A stretch of 64,000 nt of DNA, taken from the human T2T-CHM13v2.0 reference genome, Homo sapiens. The notes under the pieces are model-generated. The model saw nothing but the letters and a program-made list of their open reading frames with translations, had not been told where the DNA came from and ran no database searches. This document shows, piece by piece, positions 1-17,742 of the stretch (the stretch's first letter is position 1; every line of letters begins with the position of its first letter). The translations under genes and the position numbers were made by a program. The DNA is taken from the NCBI RefSeq assembly GCF_009914755.1, contig NC_060941.1; one strand, given 5' to 3'.

Positions 1-450
<450 letters not shown>

Positions 451-810
451 CTGCAGCCCCCGGCCTGGCGCGCTCGGCTTCCGCGGACGGTCTTCCACCA
501 GGTCCTCCTCACAGCCCGCCCGGACTTTCCCTTGGCTTTGAAGCCGGGTCCCACCTCCACACCTTTGCGCACCCTTAATCCACAGCTCCAGCACCCTCCT
601 CTGACCTCCTCAGTGTTCACCGTTGATAAATTCCTGGTCCTTCTGGGCCTGGGGGGCTTTTCTGACCCTCAGGGTGGGTTGGCCGTCCCCTCTGCGCGCC
701 CACTGCCTCGGGTTTATCCTGTCATGGCCTGGTGTGGCCCCCTGCTTCCTCAGGGGTCTGCCCCAGCCTCTAAGTTCCTTGAATTTGGAACTCTACCTGT
801 AAATTTTGAT

Positions 811-1071
<261 letters not shown>

Positions 1072-1148
1072 CAGATAATACCTGCGTCATCTTTAATACC
1101 TCAGGGCTGGGCAAGGCCCTGGCACTAAGGGCCCACTGGAGGCTTGTA

Positions 1149-1357
1149 CTAGTGAAGGCAGGAATGGAGGGACAGATGGTCCCCTGTGCGTTCAACCTCA
1201 TACAAGCAACTCCAGCCTGGAGGTTCAAAGAAAGGCAGAAAGGTCTGCCCATGACAATGGAGCCTGGTGGATGGAAAAGGGTCACCGTGGCCCCAGTTCC
1301 CTGAAGGTGCTACCTGGAGCCTCTCAGGGTGCTGGATGTGGCTCCCTCAGGAGAACC
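1149..1357 (+). repeat. Inverted duplication, arm A (partner 5146-5354)
   Basis: Ungapped 209-bp alignment to the reverse complement of 5146-5354, 21 mismatches by hand count. Confidence 0.93.
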
Positions 1358-2070
1358 CCGAAGACAGAGTTCTGGTACATTCCTCACCCTGGAGAAGCTG
1401 GGAGCCAAGTAGGGAGCCCATCCAGTGCCTTCCCTGCCTCAGCAGCTGCCAGTGCTTGCCTCTCAAGGCAGATCTCAGCTCCAGGCCTCCCCATCCCCAG
1501 CCAGCCTGATGCTTCTCCATTCCTTGCCCTCCCGAGACTACCCGGCTTCTTCCTTCTGGCTGCTGCACACCCCAAACCCTCTCTCCTAGGCCCTCAGCCC
1601 CCCCAGACAAACCCAGCTTGAGCCCACCCACACACGCCCAGCTTGAGCCCTGTGTCCCCCTGGATCCCCTTAGGACTCTACCAGGCTCCTCTCCCAAGCA
1701 GCCCCAGCCACCTCCTTTTGCCCACAACCGTGCCCTGCCTAACACCAAAGTGAGTCCCTCTGGCTACATCTAACCCTTTCTGGAGATGAGACTCCTGTGA
1801 GGTGAGCAGGGATGTTGAGCAGGGAAGACATACATGCCCCACCAGCCACCTTCGCCACCTCCCACGCCCAGAGCAGACATGGCTAATCGATCCTAGCATT
1901 TGCCCTAGGCTCCAATGCCACCTCAGAATCCTTTTCAACACAGTGCTCAGGCAGCCATTCCTGGTGGATCAGGCCAGGCCTGCGAGATCTCGCTATCTGC
2001 CGCTCAGGCAGAGCTTTGTGTGTGAGGGCCTTGATGCCCTGTGCTGCTTGTGTCAGTGTGTGTGGTGTGA

Positions 2071-2395
<325 letters not shown>

Positions 2396-2542
2396 CAACC
2401 AGCAGGCATATTTTTAGCTCTTTTTTCAGGGGTGGGACATTGTACTTCGGGTTGTTTCATATGAAGACCACTGGGTCTTGCTCAGTATTGACTTAAAACA
2501 GATAATGTTCGCAGACTGTAAATTCTAAAACCTACCGCCAGA

Positions 2543-3002
<460 letters not shown>

Positions 3003-3311
3003 TCAGGGGTGCATCCCCAGCTGCACTCCTGCGGTCACTGTGAGTCCCTGAACGGCACCAATGGGCCGGTAGCGCATCCAGCAACGCCCTGATCATGGCC
3101 ACGCACAGGGACGCACATGCTTTCACGAACGCACACCACACATGTGGACACACACACTGTCGCACACAGACACGTACTGACATATGCTCTTACACACAAT
3201 TCACACACGAGCACACACACACACACGCTGACACCCCACGTACATACCCACGTGGTTGTTTGTTTATGCCAGTGATGAAAACTCAGGAACACTAAGGCAG
3301 GGCTGGTGTTG

Positions 3312-3578
<267 letters not shown>

Positions 3579-4673
3579 ATGTTGCCTTTCTTAAGTGACA
3601 TAGACCATGTGGAAAAACCGGGTTACCTGTGGTTAGTGACTAACAATAAAACAGGAAAGGTTATATCCATCACACAAATGTCTGAGGGGGAGAGAATGTG
3701 ACAAGGAATAAAATTGGATCAAATTCTGCAAAAGTAACTGGGATTCTGGGAAGAAGCCGTGGCCTCAGGCTGACTCGCCCCCGGGGCTTGACTTGGGCTA
3801 AGCTCGAGGTGAGTCCACGTCCCCGGGCCCCACTGGGGCTGGGTACACTGGGGACAGCCGCCGGGCTCTGTCCTCCCAAACTTGCCCCTTGCCCAGTCCT
3901 CTTAGGGGGACAACGTGCCATCGAGGGGACCATGCCTCCGCCTGTGTCCTGAACGCTGGGAGGCTGAGGCCCCAGGATTTCTCTTGACCCCAGTGGCACG
4001 GGGGACTCCTGGCTTCACCAGCCCTATGAACCAGGTGAAGGTGAGGCCATAGACAAGGGAGGATGGGGGAGGGAAGAGGGACATAGAGACCAAGACTCAG
4101 AGGGCGTAGCTGCTGGAGCAGGCCGGGGGCAAATCTGTTCTGACATAACGTTGAGACAAATGCCATTTCTAGGAAAGGATACTCTGCTGTCTCCTCTGCG
4201 TATCTCACAGGCACTCAGGTCTAACATGTTCCAAGCGTGCTCCTTGCGCGTCCTGTCCACCCGTGGTCCCTGCTGAGTCCTCTGAGTGCAGCAAACAGCC
4301 CCTCAGGCTTCAGTGGCTCAGGCCCCAAACCTCGGATCTGCCCTTCCCTCACCCAAGGACGTCCTATCTGCTGCCTGCACATCTGGTTCAGAATCAAGCC
4401 CTCCTACCGCTGCCAAGGTCAGGCCAGGGTTGTGCCCATCTCTCCCCATCTCCCCAGGCCTCCTGCCCTCTCCTCCCTCTTCTTCAAGCCATCCTGAGCC
4501 CAGGCCAGCGAGCCTGGTAAAATGTCATCCCCCATGATCCCTCAGCTTAGCACCCTCCCGTGGCCACTCAGAGTGAAAGCCAGGGTCCTTCCTCACCTCC
4601 ACCCCCTTGACTCTCCATGCTCACCTCCCCGGTCTCCCCTCCCCTCTCACTCTGCCCCTCATGAGTCCCATCA

Positions 4674-5048
<375 letters not shown>

Positions 5049-5145
5049 TCAGGCACTGTCCTCATGGACAAGTGTCCTCAGGTTGGAAGAGGGGACAGGA
5101 GAAGGCAGAACCAGTGCCAGGAGTAGCCAGGAGGCTGGGAGAGCC

Positions 5146-5545
<400 letters not shown>

Positions 5546-5564
5546 TTATTAGCATCAAAGTGTG

Positions 5565-6060
5565 TATCAAACAGAACAATGGCCCCCAGAGATGGCCACG
5601 TGCTCATCTTGGAGCCTGTGAATGTGTTATCAACATGGCCAAGTGGACTGAGGCTGCAGGTGGACTTAGGGTTGGTAATGAGCTGACATTAGAATAGGGA
5701 GATTATCCTAGATTGTTGGGTGGCCCAATGTGGTCACAGGGTTCTTAAAAGCAGAAGAATGGACAGAGAAGACAGTCAGGGACGTCACCAAGGAAGGGGG
5801 CCAGAGAGATGCAATGGGGCCCGCTGTGAAGGTGGAGGAAGGGGCCACAAGCCCAGGAGGGCCGATGGCCTCTAGAAGCTGGAAGGCGCTAGGAAACTGT
5901 GGGCTCCCCGGGCTCCAGAAGGAATGCAGCCTTGCCGACACCTTGATTTTAGCCCAGAGAGAGACCACTGCTGGACTTCTAACCTGCAGAGCAGTCCGAG
6001 AGTAAACGCGCTGCTTTAAGCCACGAAGTTTGTGGTCATTTGTTGCAGCAGCCGTAGGAG
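5565..6060 (+). mobile_element. MLT1-family (MaLR) LTR
   Basis: 'aatggcccccagagat...gggagattatcctagatt...gccgacaccttgattttagccc...tttaagccacgaagtttgtggtcatttgttgcagcagc' are typical MLT1 motifs. Confidence 0.8.
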
Positions 6061-7448
6061 GCTCATCCAAGGAGGACCCCACCTCCAGCCCGATGCCACG
6101 GGGTAGGTTCTGCAGGAGGCCTGCGTGGAACTGGAGTCTCCTTCCCAGGGCATTCCCTGCCTTTGTGGACCGTCCCCTCTGCCTGGAACCCATCCCGTCC
6201 TTGGGTCTGCCTCGGGGGCGGCCTCTCCGAGCTGGAATATTGCTGCCACTCCCTCCTCCTGTGCCAGCGGCTCTGAGCTCCTTGTCTGAATCGGTCTGAT
6301 GCCTGCCACACCCGGCCCAGGCTGGGAGGTCAGACAGCCTGGGCTTCCAATTCCAGCTCTGTGGCAGCATCAGGTTCCCCACTGTGGAAAGGGCACAGGA
6401 ATCCCTCTCTCCCATTGCTTTCAGGAGCTGTTTGTAAGGAGACTGCTCTTTATAAAACACTAGGGAAAGTCCTGGGGACTTCCTACAACTCGGCAGCCAT
6501 GCACTGCCGGCTCCAGTCCCACAAATGAAGGGTCACTGAGCACACTTCCCTGGTCATACTCGCCCTCGGCCCTCATATCCCTGAGCCCTTCTTGCAGCAT
6601 AAGGGCATCAAGACCCGGTGTGGGGAGCCCATTTCTTCCCCAGGAGTAGGTGGTGGGGCACTGCCATTTCTCCTACAGTCCTGCCTTCCCTAGAGAAGGG
6701 GGAAGGGCCCCTTCTGGGGTGGTCCTCCTGGGCTGCTGTGGGCCCCAGGCCTACCCATTTAGGCCTCCACGTAAACTCAGACTCTGCCCCATGAAATTAA
6801 AAATAAAACAGCACTGAAGTGTAGGATGCACAGAAGGAAGTCTAATTAAGTTCTGACTTTCCATGGCTCAAGGTCACCTTGATGCTTTTATTTAACAGCA
6901 ATTTTTCTCTCTCCTGTCCGAGATGCACCTGTTGTGCTGGTGCCCTGAGCACATGTGTGGTCGGACGCTTGGGTCATCCGGCGTAGGAATGAGGGGCAGA
7001 TTCTGCCCACTTCATCCCCCTTGCGGAGAGTCAGGGAACAGCCCATCAACACGTTAGATGCTCTGAGAAGTCCTGTGGTACAGAAACCCGTTTAACAATG
7101 TTTCCCCATGTTATTTAACCACAGAGTCCTTTGTTTGCACCTAATAGTAACTTCCAGCTGAGAATGCTTCTTATAAAATGCTGGCCTGGAAATTCTCCAG
7201 GGGTTTCCCCAGATCAGCAGGTAGGTAACGCTGACTCGTGAGGTCCCCAGGAGGCAACAGGGTGTGGGGCAGACTGGGTGCTCTGTGTGCAGTTGAATGG
7301 CTGAGGTCCCATCAGCTTGCTTGGACTCTGAGGGGAGTGGCAGCTGTGGGCCTCCCTGGGTGCCCGCAGCCCAGTCCAGGCCCCAAAGCAAAAGGACCAG
7401 AGTGCATTGCCTGAGGTGGTGGGCGGGTGCAGCTGGTGGGCAGGCCTA

Positions 7449-7754
<306 letters not shown>

Positions 7755-8559
7755 TCATGGGGCCTCTGTCAGGACAGACTTTCTCTTGTCCTCATCCTGG
7801 AAGCCAGGTGGCTCCCCCTTCTCTGAGCCTCCCTCTCCACCCCGCTTTGCTCAGGCCCTGCCGTCATCCTGACTCCCGTCTCCCATCTACCAAGCGTGGC
7901 CTCCTGAGTGGCCATGCCCCTCACTGACCCTAAATCCACATAACCCCGGGACACAGTCCAAGACTAGGCCCCATTTCTGGCCATATTTGCCACAACTCCC
8001 AGTCAGTCCACAGAGATCACACAAGCAGACTGGCCACAGAGGGTCCCTCCACAAGATGGCACCCCTCTCTCACTCTGGTTCTTTCAGAAAACCCAGCCAC
8101 GCGTGCACAGCCAGAGGCACACAGAAGCATGGACAGAGAGGGGCTTTGCTGACCTCAGCAGGCTCTTGTCTCTGAAAATTGCATTTGTTTCCTTCTGGGA
8201 TGGTGCACAGGGATGCAGGGAGGCAGCTGTGGCATCTGTGGGGGTGCAGCCGGCAACCCCAGGATAGTATTCAAAGGGCTTCTACCCAGCCGGGTCAGGG
8301 AGGCAGCTCGGCGGCTCACACCAGGCCCATCTCCAAGGGGAGGCTGGGGCTCCCTCCCAGGCCCACCCCACCTCGGTTTGACGGAGCTCTGGGGGATGCG
8401 GCAGGGGCTTCCAACCACCTACTTCCCTGCCACTGGCAAAGGGCAGAGGTTTGGGGGCCTGGCTGGCTTGGGCTCCAGGCTCAGCTCCTGTTCACCAGCT
8501 GGGAAGTGGATGAGTTACTTTGCACGCTAAGCCTCAGCTTTATCATCTGTTAAAGGGGT

Positions 8560-9042
<483 letters not shown>

Positions 9043-9812
9043 TCAGTGGCCCAACACGTGCTCAAGGTGACAAGGCTGCTCTTCCAAACCCAACTCCCTC
9101 ACCCTGCCTTGCACCTTTCCCACCAAGTGCCTGAAGTGCAGAGTTCTGGGAATCTGGTGGCCTGGCCTGACCAGGAGGTGCCTGACTGCTGTGTCTTATT
9201 CTTACAGTCCTTATACATTTGTTTGTTGTAGCTTAAAATGTTTCCATTTGGGCCACGTTTCCTGACACGTTTCACTTACAAACCTTTGGGCCACCACATG
9301 TTCTGGCGTATGTCTTTCCAGTGGCTCTGGTGGTCCCACCTCCGTACCCCGAGACACCCGTGGGAGCTAGGCTGGGTCGAGGGGCGCTGTCATGCTGGGA
9401 CGGGAGTGATGCCTGCTCTGTCCTTCAGACCCCGGGACTGTGACGAGGCCCCTGCTGCTGCTCTCTACTCCTCCACCCGGCAGTTCCCTGAGCACCCTGG
9501 GCAGCCACACATTTCGCCAAAAGCAAAAGGACCAGCAGGCACTGCCTGAAGCCCTGTCACTGTGCTGCCACCAACTTCTGTGCCCAAACAGGCAGCTTCC
9601 CTGGTCCTGACCCGGGGTTCCGCCAGTGCCTCCACCTTCTGTGGGGCTGGCCTCCCACGGAGCCTGACCTCTGTCCACGGAAGGGGAAGGTCGGGAGGCT
9701 GTTTCCAGGGCAGGGAGCTGCTAGTGGGGCCCTTGGGCACATGCTCCCCAGCTTGGGAGTTGGCAAGAGACATAAACTGATCCCATGGTTTAGGGGTGGG
9801 CCTCACGGGAGG

Positions 9813-11183
9813 TGACGTGGTTTGGCGGTGTCCCCACCCAAGTCTCATCTGGAGTTGTACTCCCATAATTCCTACAGGTTGTGGGAAGGACCCAGCGGGA
9901 GATAACTGAATCACAAGGGGAGGTTTCTCCCAGACTGTTCTTGACGTAGTGAATACGTCTCACGAGATCTGATGATCTGACACTGTTCTTGAGGTAGTGA
10001 ATACGTCTCACGAGATCTCATGGTCTGACACTCTTCTTGACGTAGTGAATACGTCTCACGAGATCTCATGGTCTGACACTGTTCTTGAGGTAGTGAATAC
10101 GTCTCACGAGATCTCATGGTCTGACACTGTTCTTGAGGTAGTGAATACGTCTCACGAGATCTCATGGTCTGACACTGTTCTTGAGGTAGTGAATACGTCT
10201 CACGAGATCTCATGGTCTGACACTGTTCTTGAGGTAGTGAATACGTCTCACGAGATCTCATGGTCTGACACTGTTCTTGAGGTAGTGAATACGTCTCACG
10301 AGATCTCATGGTCTGACACTGTTCTTGAGGTAGTGAATACGTCTCACGAGATCTCATGGTCTGACACTGTTCTTGAGGTAGTGAATACGTCTCACGAGAT
10401 CTCATGGTCTGACACTGTTCTTGAGGTAGTGAATACGTCTCACGAGATCTCATGGTCTGACACTGTTCTTGAGGTAGTGAATACGTCTCACGAGATCTCA
10501 TGGTCTGACACTGTTCTTGAGGTAGTGAATACGTCTCACGAGATCTCATGGTCTGACACTGTTCTTGAGGTAGTGAATACGTCTCACGAGATCTGATGGT
10601 CTGACACTGTTCTTGAGGTAGTGAATACGTCTCACGAGATCTCATGGTCTGACACTCTTCTTGAGGTAGTGAATACGTCTCAGGAGATCTCATGGTCTGA
10701 CACTGTTCTTGAGGTAGTGAATACGTCTCACGAGATCTCATGGTCTGACACTGTTCTTGAGGTAGTGAATACGTCTCACGAGATCTCATGGTCTGACACT
10801 GTTCTTGAGGTAGTGAATACGTCTCACGAGATCTCATGGTCTGACACTGTTCTTGAGGTAGTGAATACGTCTCACGAGATCTCATGGTCTGACACTGTTC
10901 TTGAGGTAGTGAATACGTCTCACGAGATCTCATGGTCTGACACTGTTCTTGAGGTAGTGAATACATCTCACGAGATCTGATGGCCTGATAAGGGGAAACC
11001 CGTTTTCCTTGGCTCTCATTCTCTCTCTTGCCACCAAACATGTGAGAAGTGCCTTTCACTTTCAGCCATAACTGTGAGGTCTTCTCAGCCACGTGTAACG
11101 GCAAGTCCAATAAACCTCTTTCCTTTATAAATTACACAGTCTCAGGTATGTCTTTATCGGCAGCATGAAAATGGACTAATACA
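9813..11183 (+). mobile_element. THE1-family solo LTR expanded internally by a VNTR
   Basis: Begins TGACGTGGTTTGG, ends GGACTAATACA; GGGAGG direct repeat on both sides (9807-9812, 11184-11189); AATAAA at 11109. Confidence 0.88.
9935..10983. repeat. 48-bp VNTR, ~22 near-identical copies
   Basis: Unit gtagtgaatacgtctcacgagatctcatggtctgacactgttcttgag; 16-aa periodic ORFs. Confidence 0.98.
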
Positions 11184-11356
11184 GGGAGGATGGGTGGAAG
11201 CGGCCCCGGGGGAGGCCCTGGCTGGTACTGGCACTGAGGGAAGAGATGGGGGGTCTGGCTTTGAGAGGAGAGCCTCTCCCCAAAAACCTAGCCCTGCCCC
11301 GCCCTGGGCCTCTCAGAGGCTGTTGCTGGTGAAGTGTTCAGAAGAGGAGCTTTCTA

Positions 11357-11797
11357 GTCTGAAGTATCATTCAGCCTGAAAAGGAAGTTTTGACACGTGC
11401 TGCAATGGGGATGAAGCCTGAAGACATTCTGCGGAGTGAAAGAAGGCAGACTCAAAAGGACAGATCCCGGGGACTGCAGACTCAAAAGGACAGATACCGG
11501 GAGACTGCACTTACATGAGGTCCCTAGAATAGTCAAATCCATAGAGAAGGAAGCCAAATGGCAGCCTCCCCAGGGGCCAGGGGAGGAGGAAGGGGGAGCT
11601 GTTGTTTAATGGGTCCAGTTTAGTTTTGCAAGCTGAAGAGGGCTCTGGAGATGGGTTTCACAGCAGTGTGAAGGTAGAAGGTACTTAGCACAACTGAACT
11701 GTACGCTAAAAATGGTTGAGCGCTGAGGGAAGAAGTAAAAAAAAGTGGTTGAGGTGGGAAATGTATATCTGTGTATTTTACCACAATAAAAATAAAA
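11357..11797 (+). mobile_element. Old L1 (L1M) 3' end fragment
   Basis: 'cagactcaaaaggaca...gtcaaatccatagaga...actgaactgtacgctaaaatggt...tttaccacaataaaaataaaa'. Confidence 0.7.
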
Positions 11798-12973
11798 AGT
11801 CTCCCAGAACTGGTAGTGCCAGGGGCCGCGTGTTAACTCATTTAATGCTCACAACAGGCATGTAGGGCAGGGACAACCAACCCTATTTACAGATGGGCAA
11901 ACTGAGACTGACCCTTATAAGGGGGGACAAGCAAGGGTGCACCCCAGGGTGTCCAGCCCCCACCCTGGCCCTCCAGAGGCCAGCCCTGCTTCAGCTCACC
12001 CACCCTGGGCCCCTCCCCACACCCCAGCCCAGAGCCCCAGCTCTTCCCCAGCCTGCACCACCCCTTCCCTACAGAACTGGATTTACACAGAGAAGGAACT
12101 GGGCCTCCCACCCCCACTTCTGATACTTGAGGGATACAGCCCAAAGTGGACACACACTTACATGTGTGCACGCACGGTACCACACATGTACACACAGAGA
12201 CACACATACAGCCATGTATGTGCATACACACAAACGCACCTGGAGCTGGGAAGGGAAGGCCCTGGTGTCTGGCATGGAGAGAGGAAGGGGTGGGCTTTGG
12301 CCAGAGTGGCCTGGCAGCCGGCACCTCTCCAGTCCCCAGGCCTGGACCACCTCTACAAAGTTGGACAGAGGGAAAGGAGGAAGGGTCTAGCTTGGTCTCT
12401 ACCTTGGCACAGCTGGGGTTTGACAAATGCTCAGTTCTGCTCCTAGGGGTGGGCTGGAGCCCCCGCCAGGCAGGGCTGGACATGCCCTGAGTCATAGCAT
12501 GGGTGGTTCTAGAGAGGGCAGGGGTGGGATGGAGCGTGCAGGCCTCTCAGTGCCCTACCAGGGCCCTGAGGCTTGCGTGGATGGCACTCACACCTACCCA
12601 CGGCAGTCCACATGTGGCCCAGGCTGGGCTGGGGGACAGCCTGGGGTGGCACGCAGTAGCCTGTCCTGCTGGGTGAGCATGCTGCCAAGGGCAGCCCTTG
12701 CTGCCAGGCTGGGAGGAGGGGCAGGGGGCCTGCAGGTTGGGAGGCTGGGTGGGGCCTGGGCCCAGGCAGCTCTGTGGGAAGCCGCTGGATCTGAGCTGGG
12801 CTGGCTCAGGCCCTTACATGGCACTACTAGGGAGACTCTACTGGCCATGCAGGCCCTTACCTTGCGAGAGAACATCAATTTTGGCACCTTCCTCCCACAG
12901 GGAGCAATGGGGTGAGGGGAAGGGAACAGGACAGTTGAGAACATGGAGCTGACACATGCTTGAGTGGCAGAGC

Positions 12974-13237
12974 CAGAGGGCAGCACCAGGGACCAGGCCA
13001 GGCTGCAGAGGGGAGCACCAGGGGCCGGGCCAGGCTGCAGAGGGCAGCACCAGGGGCCGGGCCAGGCTGCAGAGGGGAGCACCAGGGGCCGGGCCAGGCT
13101 GCAGAGGGGAGCACCAGGGGCCGGGCCAGGCTGCAGAGGGGAGCACCAGGGGCCGGGCCAGGCTGCAGAGGGGAGCACCAGGGGCCGGGCCAGGCTGCAG
13201 AGGGGAGCACCAGCGGCCGGGCCAGGCTGCAGAGGGG
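12974..13237. repeat. 32-bp GC-rich VNTR, ~8 copies
   Basis: Unit gagcaccaggggccgggccaggctgcagaggg. Confidence 0.96.
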
Positions 13238-13514
13238 TCCACAGGCACCCACAACCCCAGCCCACGTAGTGAGGCTCAGAGGGCCTCTGGGCTCAGGCCG
13301 TGGACACCCTGCCTGGAGTGGCATCGGCCTCCTACAGTGGCTCGGCTTCCAGGGTGCAAAGTGGCGTCCCCACTCCTCAGGGCGTCTGGGAGGCCTGGAG
13401 GCACCAGTACCCAACCCGCCCTCCCTTGGCCTGCAGGACAGACATCACCCTGCCCCTCTCTTTCCCTCTCAGCAGCCCCTCCCCAGGCTCGAGGGTCCTC
13501 GGTCCAGGCCTTCA

Positions 13515-13970
<456 letters not shown>

Positions 13971-16057
13971 CTATGCCAGCCCCTCACCCATCCTCCCAGT
14001 CCCACCCAACCCTGGGAAGTCACAATAATCTCCCCACTTTCCAGAGGAGGAGCTGAGACCCAGAGAGGTCAGGTGGGTCACTCCAGTTCCCTGTCTGGCC
14101 CAGTGTGTGGTCCACCTGAGCTGGGCACCCAGCCAAAGGAGTTCCTGCCCTCCTGGTGCAACTGCCAGTCTGGGCCCCGTGCCTCAGTTTCCCTCACCTG
14201 TGAAATGTCACAAGGATCACACAAGGCGGAGGAGACGAGGCTTTGAGAGGAACAGGTCCTGGCCAGGAAGATCAGCTGATTTGCTCAACAGTCCCCCAGC
14301 CAACACACAGGACTGCAGCTCCTCTGTCTCTCTGGCCCGTTGGGAACCCCGAGCAGGCCGTGAGGAGCCAGCTGGGTCCTCATACTGCTGCCCCCAAGTC
14401 TCTCAATGGCAGTGGTAACTCCCAAAAGCCGGGGGGAGGGTGCAGCCATAATTGGGGGAGGTTGCAGCCATAATTGGGTGCAGCTGCCTCCCTCCCCGGG
14501 GGCAATCACTCATAGCAGCTGTGGCTTTCCATGCAGAAGCGGCTCCCAGCATGGAGGCCAAGGTGATGGTTGGGGCAGAGCTTGGAGATGATGGTGGGGG
14601 GCAGAGCTTAGTGGCAGTCCGCAGACAGCAAGATGCACATTCACAGATGGCTTCAGAAGCCCAGAGCCTGCTCCCAGGCTGCAGGGCTGGTCAAATGGTG
14701 TCACATTCCTTCATTATTTACCAAGTGTTTACAACATGCCAGACTCTAGGGGATGGACATCTGTGAGGCAGAGTCCCTATCCCAAGGAAAGCACAGCTTA
14801 AGGGGAGGAACAAATGGAAATAATTTGCCGCAGTAGAGTCTGGTGAGCCGGGAGCCATGGGGAGCCCATGTGAATTGGGACCACCAGGGAAGGCTTCCTG
14901 GAGGAGGTGATGCTTCACCTGAGCCATGAGGGATGAGTAGGAGTTGGCCAATGGCAAAGAGGGGCTGGGGGAGGTGACGATTCCAACCACAGGCCAACCA
15001 GCAGGTACGGGCTTAGTGGCTGGTGTGATCCCGGGATAAGGGAAGGCCAAACTTGAAAGACTGTGTTCTTCAGGCTCTGAGCTAGGCTCCCAACCTGGAT
15101 CTAGATCCAATTACGGCCACACCTGACCAGGCCCATCATTTACATCTCTTCTGCGGCTGCTTTCCTACTTCAGAAGCAGACCCTACGGCCTGCACAGCTG
15201 AAAATATTTACTATCCAGCCCTTCTTTATAGAACAAGTTTGCAGATCTCTGGGCGAGTGCTGGGCCCAGGCATAACAAAGTTTCTTGGGTCTGCAGGGAA
15301 ATTGGCTAATGAAAGGCCACGAGTGTGGAGTGTCCTTTATTCTGAGCTGGTGATGGGAGTGGCATTTGTCTAGATCATCCCCTTCTAACACGGGTCAGGC
15401 ACATGTCTCTGTCTTCGCAGCAGTGTGGGGTGCAAGACCTGCCCTCTGACATCAGTCTCCTCGGTTCAAATCCCAGCGTGCACTTCCCTGCTGTGTGGCC
15501 AGCTTATCTAACGTCTTTATGCCTCAGTTTACTCATCTGTGAAATGGAGACAACGATAGTATCCACCTCACAGCACAGTGTGCCTGCGGTGTAGGAGGTG
15601 CTCAGTAGATCATTATAGAAGGAGCAGATCCCTATGGTGGGTTTTCTAGCTAACAGTACTGGCTTCTCTAAGACCCATTCTGGAATGAAACTGTCCTCAA
15701 TTGGCTCATTTCCCTCCCTGCCTTTGGGAACAGAACATACAAATAGTCACTTAAATTTTTTGAATAACCTGAGTCATTGCTATGGCCACGATGACTCTTC
15801 CGTATGTCACGGTCATGTTCCAGAGGCAAAAGGGGACACGAAGCAACCCCTGCACCAGAGGGTCCCGGGTGGCCCTCTTTTCGGTTTTCTTCATTTTTCT
15901 GCCTCTTCCTTTGACATCAGCCTGAAACTCCTATTAGATTACTTGTCTGTGTTGGCGCAGACAGCTCTCACCTATTCAATAATTGTTTCTCCCATGAGAC
16001 CAGGTGATGATACTTGTTGGAAGTGTGTGCAAACTAAGAGCCAACAGGCCTTGAGTG

Positions 16058-16470
<413 letters not shown>

Positions 16471-17417
16471 CTAGGTCTTGAGTGAAGCCTGAGGCACGTT
16501 CTCCTGAGCAGGGTATGTGTGCAGCAGCAATAGCTGTAGCTGGCCTTCAGCTGCCTGCATGCTAGCTGCCATCTCCACACCAGGCAGGTGAGGCTGCTGG
16601 AAGGGAGGTGTATCCCACTGCTCCTGCAGCAATGAACACAGCCACAGCCCGAGATGCACCAATCTGTACTTTTGTAACAATATTCTCTGAAGCTGTTGGC
16701 TTTACATGATAGTAAATGGATCTGCTGTTCAGGTCAGGCCTACCTGGGGTTTGTTCCCCCAACGAATTAGCCCCCTGAGCACAGGGACCATGCCTTGGCC
16801 ACACCTGTGAGACCAACAAACAGCAGATGCAGACACACATGGCTGGTCCATTCAAACCAACTTGCCCTCCAGGTGCTCCCAGGAGCTGGGATCTGGTGTG
16901 ACACCCAAGTGTAAAAATGCACATTCTGATTTCTGCCTGTTTCCCAACCCCAGAGAAGGACAGCCAGAAGACAGAGCGGCTGCCTGCTCCCCCTGGGACA
17001 CCCAGCTCCTGGAGGGGAGAAGCCCCTGCACTGGCTCTACAGAAACCCCTGTCCAAGGAGGGCAGCAATCTTCTCCAACTGCCTGGGGGGAAAACTGACA
17101 CCCGTCACCACCTCCTGGGAAGGAACAGCACACCCAGTGTGTCACCAGGAAGGGACTGATGAATTTCTTTGAACTCCACTGGAAGGTCTGTAAGAAATGA
17201 TAGTTTATAAATAGAAGCTCGGTCACAGTTTTGAGAGGCTGGTGAAGCTCTCTTACGGAGCACATGGCCCAAACTCTTCATTTCCCTTTAGAGAAATGAG
17301 GCTCAGAGAGGGGAGGGGAGCTGCTCAGCGTGGCCCAGCAGACCCAGGCACAGAATCTAGGCCTCTTCACTTCCATCCTGATAGTTTCTCCCTTAAAGCC
17401 TACTGGCTCCCAAGAAG

Positions 17418-17742
17418 TTTTTTTTTTTTGAGACAGGGTCTTGTTCTGTTACCCAGGCTGGAGTACAGTGGTGCGATCACAGTTCAGCCTCCCAGGCTCA
17501 AACGATCCTCTCACCTCAGCCTCCCAAGTAGCTGGGACTACAGGCGCCCACCACCATGCCCGGCTAACTTAAAAAATATATTTACAAAAAAAGAGACAGT
17601 GGTGTTGGTGCGGGGAGGGTGCGGGGGGGTAGGTCTCACTACGTTGCTCAGGCTGGTCTTGAACTCCCGGGCTCAAGCAATCCTCCCGCCTTCACCTCCC
17701 AAAGTGCTGGGATTACAGGCACACACGGGCCACTCTGCCCTG
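17418..17742 (-). mobile_element. Alu (AluJ-like)
   Basis: Reverse Alu motifs with a G-rich insertion in the linker. Confidence 0.85.

Noticed and set aside
9935-10983. CRISPR-like regular repeats (also the other arrays)
   Set aside because: Units are head-to-tail with no unique spacers, there are no cas genes, and the DNA is human.
12980-13000. REST/RE1-like motif CAGCACCAGGGACCAG at the start of the 32-bp VNTR
   Set aside because: Right half-site departs from GGACAG and the other units match less well.
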